A DNA stretch of 64,000 bases from Macrostomum lignano (Eukaryota): positions 62,001 to 126,000 of the forward strand of contig NIVC01002068.1 in assembly GCA_002269645.1 (NCBI GenBank). Direction: 5' to 3'. The translations under genes were made by a program, and so were the position numbers. Below the pieces are notes generated by a model that saw nothing but the letters and a program-made list of their open reading frames with translations, did no database searches and was not told the origin of the DNA. Position 1 is the stretch's first letter. Each line of letters opens with the position of its first letter. Positions 61,401 through 64,000 of the stretch are shown here, in pieces.

Positions 61401-64000
61401 TAAATAAAGCAAAACACTTGCGGTTGGTAGGTTGATTGTCGCTGACGAGAGCAACGACACGGCCACCGTTGTTGTTAATTGCTTTAATACATTGGCTGAC
61501 GCATTTTCGCAGAAACTCCGCAGACAAAATGTATGTCGGCAATAGTCGGACTACAAACGGTTTTCCACCAAGTAATGGCTTTACCATTATGGCCAAAATT
61601 GTCCTAGCAACCTGGTCCGGATCGTCGACGGCTCGACCCAGGTGACGGCATCGATATCGAACGGACGGTTGTATGTACATTTCGTCAAACATATTACGCA
61701 GTTTCGCTGAGCTCCTGATAGACTAGCAAAAACTGACTGGATCACATCGACTGCGTCGGTTTCTGTGCCAACTTCTCCTGTACCTGCTAGTTGCAGCTGC
61801 AGCGTTCGGGGATGAGGCAATGGCAATAGCTTCCGTAGGTAAGAGTAAGCCGAACTACTGATCAAGTAGAGCAATGCTGACTGTCGCACTAGTGAAATGT
61901 CATAGCGGCGATTGTTCCGATTTACTAATGTAAGGCTAAGTTGTCGAATCAAAAACTGAAGCGACCGATCCAAATCAGAGTCAGAATCTATATCATCACT
62001 GATTCTACTAACAAACGCTTCGACTTCACGTTGGGGATTGGCGTCGGAATTTTTGCACCGCACGACAACAGCATCCAGTTGCGACCAGCGCTTGAGTGTC
62101 GGTTGAAATCCCAACAAGTCTCGAACCGAAATCGGTGTATGCAGTTTGAATGCACGAATCAGAAAGTTAGGTGAGACAAAAATTCGAACAGACAGGTCTC
62201 CATCTTTATCTAACGTAAACAAGTAAACATCTTCGTTCAGAATAGCTGTATTCAGTGCATGTCGAGATACGACATCCGAATTTTTTCACCTCAGCTCGAA
62301 AACTTTCCCATGCCGGCAAAAAATCAAGCAGCTGAAAAGCGTCCATCTCATCGATGTCGCTGCACCTCGCGTCAGAAAGAACACCGCGCTTTTCGGCCTG
62401 TCGGTCCTGGTCTAAAATAAGAGTAAAAATAAAAGTAAGATAATTGTGAGCGGCAAAATCGATATAGACGCTAAGTGTTGAGCAATCTTTAAGTTACGTA
62501 CCTTGGTTCTGAACAAAACACGAGCTAGGAACTCCATTAAAAACAGAAGGAGGATTAATTGGCCTTTTGGTAGAGTTTTTCTTGAACATTGGAGCATCGC
62601 TTGGCCAATGCTTTACGCACACGCCCATATTGTCAGTCACTCTCTAAAATAATAAATTTTGGGTTTCAAGTTGTTTGGACGAGACTGGCATGCAGAATTG
62701 AAGCGGAATTATGCAGCAGTAATGACAGCAAATGATCTGGTTTCTTACCTGGAGAATATTTGGCAGCGCCTTTCTCCATCGCTCTCGCTCCTGTGGATCT
62801 CTGGGAAACGCAAATGTCCGTGTTCGAACGGCTTCAGAGTTGTAATTTGACGAGCACGGAAATACGCTGCACTTTCTTGGCATTTCATCAAGTGAATAAA
62901 AAATGCTTCTCTTGATATAGTTCAGCTTAGCTTCACTGCTGGCCGCAGCTAAAGCAATTTTAATTTGCCTGATAGCAGAGAAGACTTGAAAAAGCCATAG
63001 AACAATACTTTTAAGCGAGCCCCTCAGATTTTTTGCCATGAATTGGCTCGTTTCGCGTCCCGAGGGTTTTAGTTGTCCCTGGTTGTATTGAATAAAAAAT
63101 ATCCTCACAAACGCATTGATACAGGAATATACAGATTGCTTTTCTGCAAATGGGTATATCCAAATATAACCCGTTGGGAATATCCAAAGATGGGGGGCGG
63201 CTTGACCATGGACTATTCGCAGATAAGCAATCCCTGTTTCGATGCCTGAAAGGCGCGCAAAAATTTACTTAGTTCACAATTTCCGTCGACGCAATCGTTT
63301 GTGGCCCAAACGAAACTAGACACAATACTGAGGATTCTGAAAATCCCACTGGGATGAAATATTAAAATAAAATCAGTAATTTCCCTCAGCGAAGAATCCC
63401 AACTTCAATTAAGCCTTCCGGAATACATCTAGGGCAATAACGCTTATTAACTACCACGTATTAAGATGTAATCAACAACCCCTTGAATCTCACTCAGCAT
63501 GTCCAGGTATTCCGGTCTTGGACCAGGTGCTTTCGCCGGCGAACCTACACTCGAGTCTACATTCGCCGTTGCATCGATCGCCTTCATCGAGTGCATCTGG
63601 GCAGCTCCATCAGCAGCAACTAGCGGTTGCGGGTCGTGAAGCTCAAACAGCATGATTGGTGCGTTATGCGTCAGCACCAGCAGGTCCCGACCATCTTCCC
63701 CAACCAAGCAGAGTCCGAAAGGATCCGACTCAAACAGGTAGTTTGCAACGCGGCGTCCATCACTGATTACATAGACCTGGAGTGCAGAAATTAAACGCAG
63801 TCATTGAGAAAAGGCATCTTTAGATCGGATTCTTATAAGCGTAAGCATTAAAAGATTTGCCATTCCCTATAACAATCGTTGCTAATCTTACCTGCAAGCC
63901 TCGAGGTGGAACAATTGCGAACAGGTCCGAACTGTTCATGGATTCGTCATCGAATACGGCGAACTCCACCTCGTAGGCGGGAAAGTACACCTGGCCAACA
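58450..64000 (-). CDS. 3' part of a second NWD-type STAND paralogue (exons >64000-63892 and 63776-63494, plus predicted last exon 58574-58450 encoding a Dpy-30-like motif)
   Basis: 64000-63892 matches 41005-41113 with 2 mismatches in 109 nt, and the next exon is homologous to exon 6 of copy 1. Phase-1 donor GTGAGA at 63493 and phase-1 acceptor TTCCAG at 58575 give EYLDMLKPALASSMAEVANARPVDPIEFLAQCLLRY. The last-exon link is a prediction. Confidence 0.75.
58821..58922. other. ~100-nt long-stem hairpin (tiny MITE or pre-miRNA-like)
   Basis: 34-bp arms with 4 mismatches (core TTCACACACAACTGCC / GGCAGTTGTGTGTGAA) and an inner GCGTC-GGCC stem. Confidence 0.55.
59154..60151 (+). repeat. Inverted copy of the transposon 5' kilobase (upstream region, THAP exons, start of exon 3)
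   Basis: Reverse complement of 62087-63084, both 998 bp. THAP ATG at 59355 mirrors 62883. Confidence 0.95.
60148..60281. repeat. Near-perfect palindrome at the junction of the inverted duplication
   Basis: CGCTCGTCAAAAA..ATCCCACCAATACCGACGACATCCCATGATAGAAAGCTTCG and its reverse complement flank a ~24-nt loop. The arms differ only in A/T-run length. Confidence 0.93.
60290..62883 (-). pseudogene. THAP + P-element (THAP9-like) transposase pseudogene
   Basis: THAP C2CH finger (MPRKCSVFPC...W...CVKHW...PSVF) split by GT-AG introns. Core motifs AYSYLRKLLPLPHPRTL, FDEM, DNQPTN, FDFVHIIKCIRNNW, KVSLALQV, YRQMSGGNYY, YYIAG|Y. Frameshifts near 62283, 61688 and 60745; 3' end truncated at the 60148-60281 hairpin. 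Confidence 0.9.

Larger units (their letters stand above)
58926..63325 (-). mobile_element. Decayed THAP-domain P-element-superfamily transposon with a 998-bp inverted duplication of its 5' region
   Basis: Outer 17-bp inverted motif ATTGTGTCTAGTTTCGT at 58926-58942 and 63309-63325. Arms 59154-60151 and 62087-63084 appear identical on inspection. An internal transposase pseudogene is present. No TSD found, so the outer ends are uncertain. Confidence 0.8.

Noticed and set aside
59154-63084. Inverted 998-bp arms as a simple fold-back read artefact
   Set aside because: The 1.9 kb between the arms and the outer flanks are non-palindromic, and the outer ends carry separately diverged inverted motifs. 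An artefact is not fully excluded without spanning reads.

Overview
Eukaryotic, intron-containing, repeat-rich animal DNA. GC-rich exons, AT-rich spacers, minisatellite-filled introns and the gene families present are consistent with a lophotrochozoan, possibly a Macrostomum-like flatworm; this is inference only. The window opens with a 7.5-kb 28-bp satellite showing nested higher-order repeats. Genes that can be spliced from GT-AG sites are: an uncharacterised Ser/Pro-rich gene (partial), SRP receptor alpha, an intronless 190-aa gene with a PKI-like RRNAF motif, a secreted PAN-like + fibrinogen-domain protein, a divergent class-A GPCR, a C20orf27/ADISSP homologue, a ~2,040-aa DUF4062-like + NACHT + degenerate beta-propeller (NWD-type STAND) protein, a small single-pass membrane protein, a 789-aa coiled-coil protein, a highly divergent tail-less beta-type tubulin, and the 3' part of a second, convergently oriented NWD-type paralogue. 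Mobile DNA includes MITEs with exact 8- and 9-bp TSDs, a truncated RTE-type LINE and a decayed THAP/P-element transposon with a 998-bp inverted duplication. The most interesting observation is the tail-to-tail pair of STAND (NLR-like) genes. They show signs of recent sequence exchange, copy 1 has a compositionally distinct in-frame propeller segment, and their predicted C-termini differ: a CaaX prenylation box in copy 1 versus a Dpy-30/DD dimerisation exon spliced across a transposon in copy 2. All gene models are manual, and no databases were searched.
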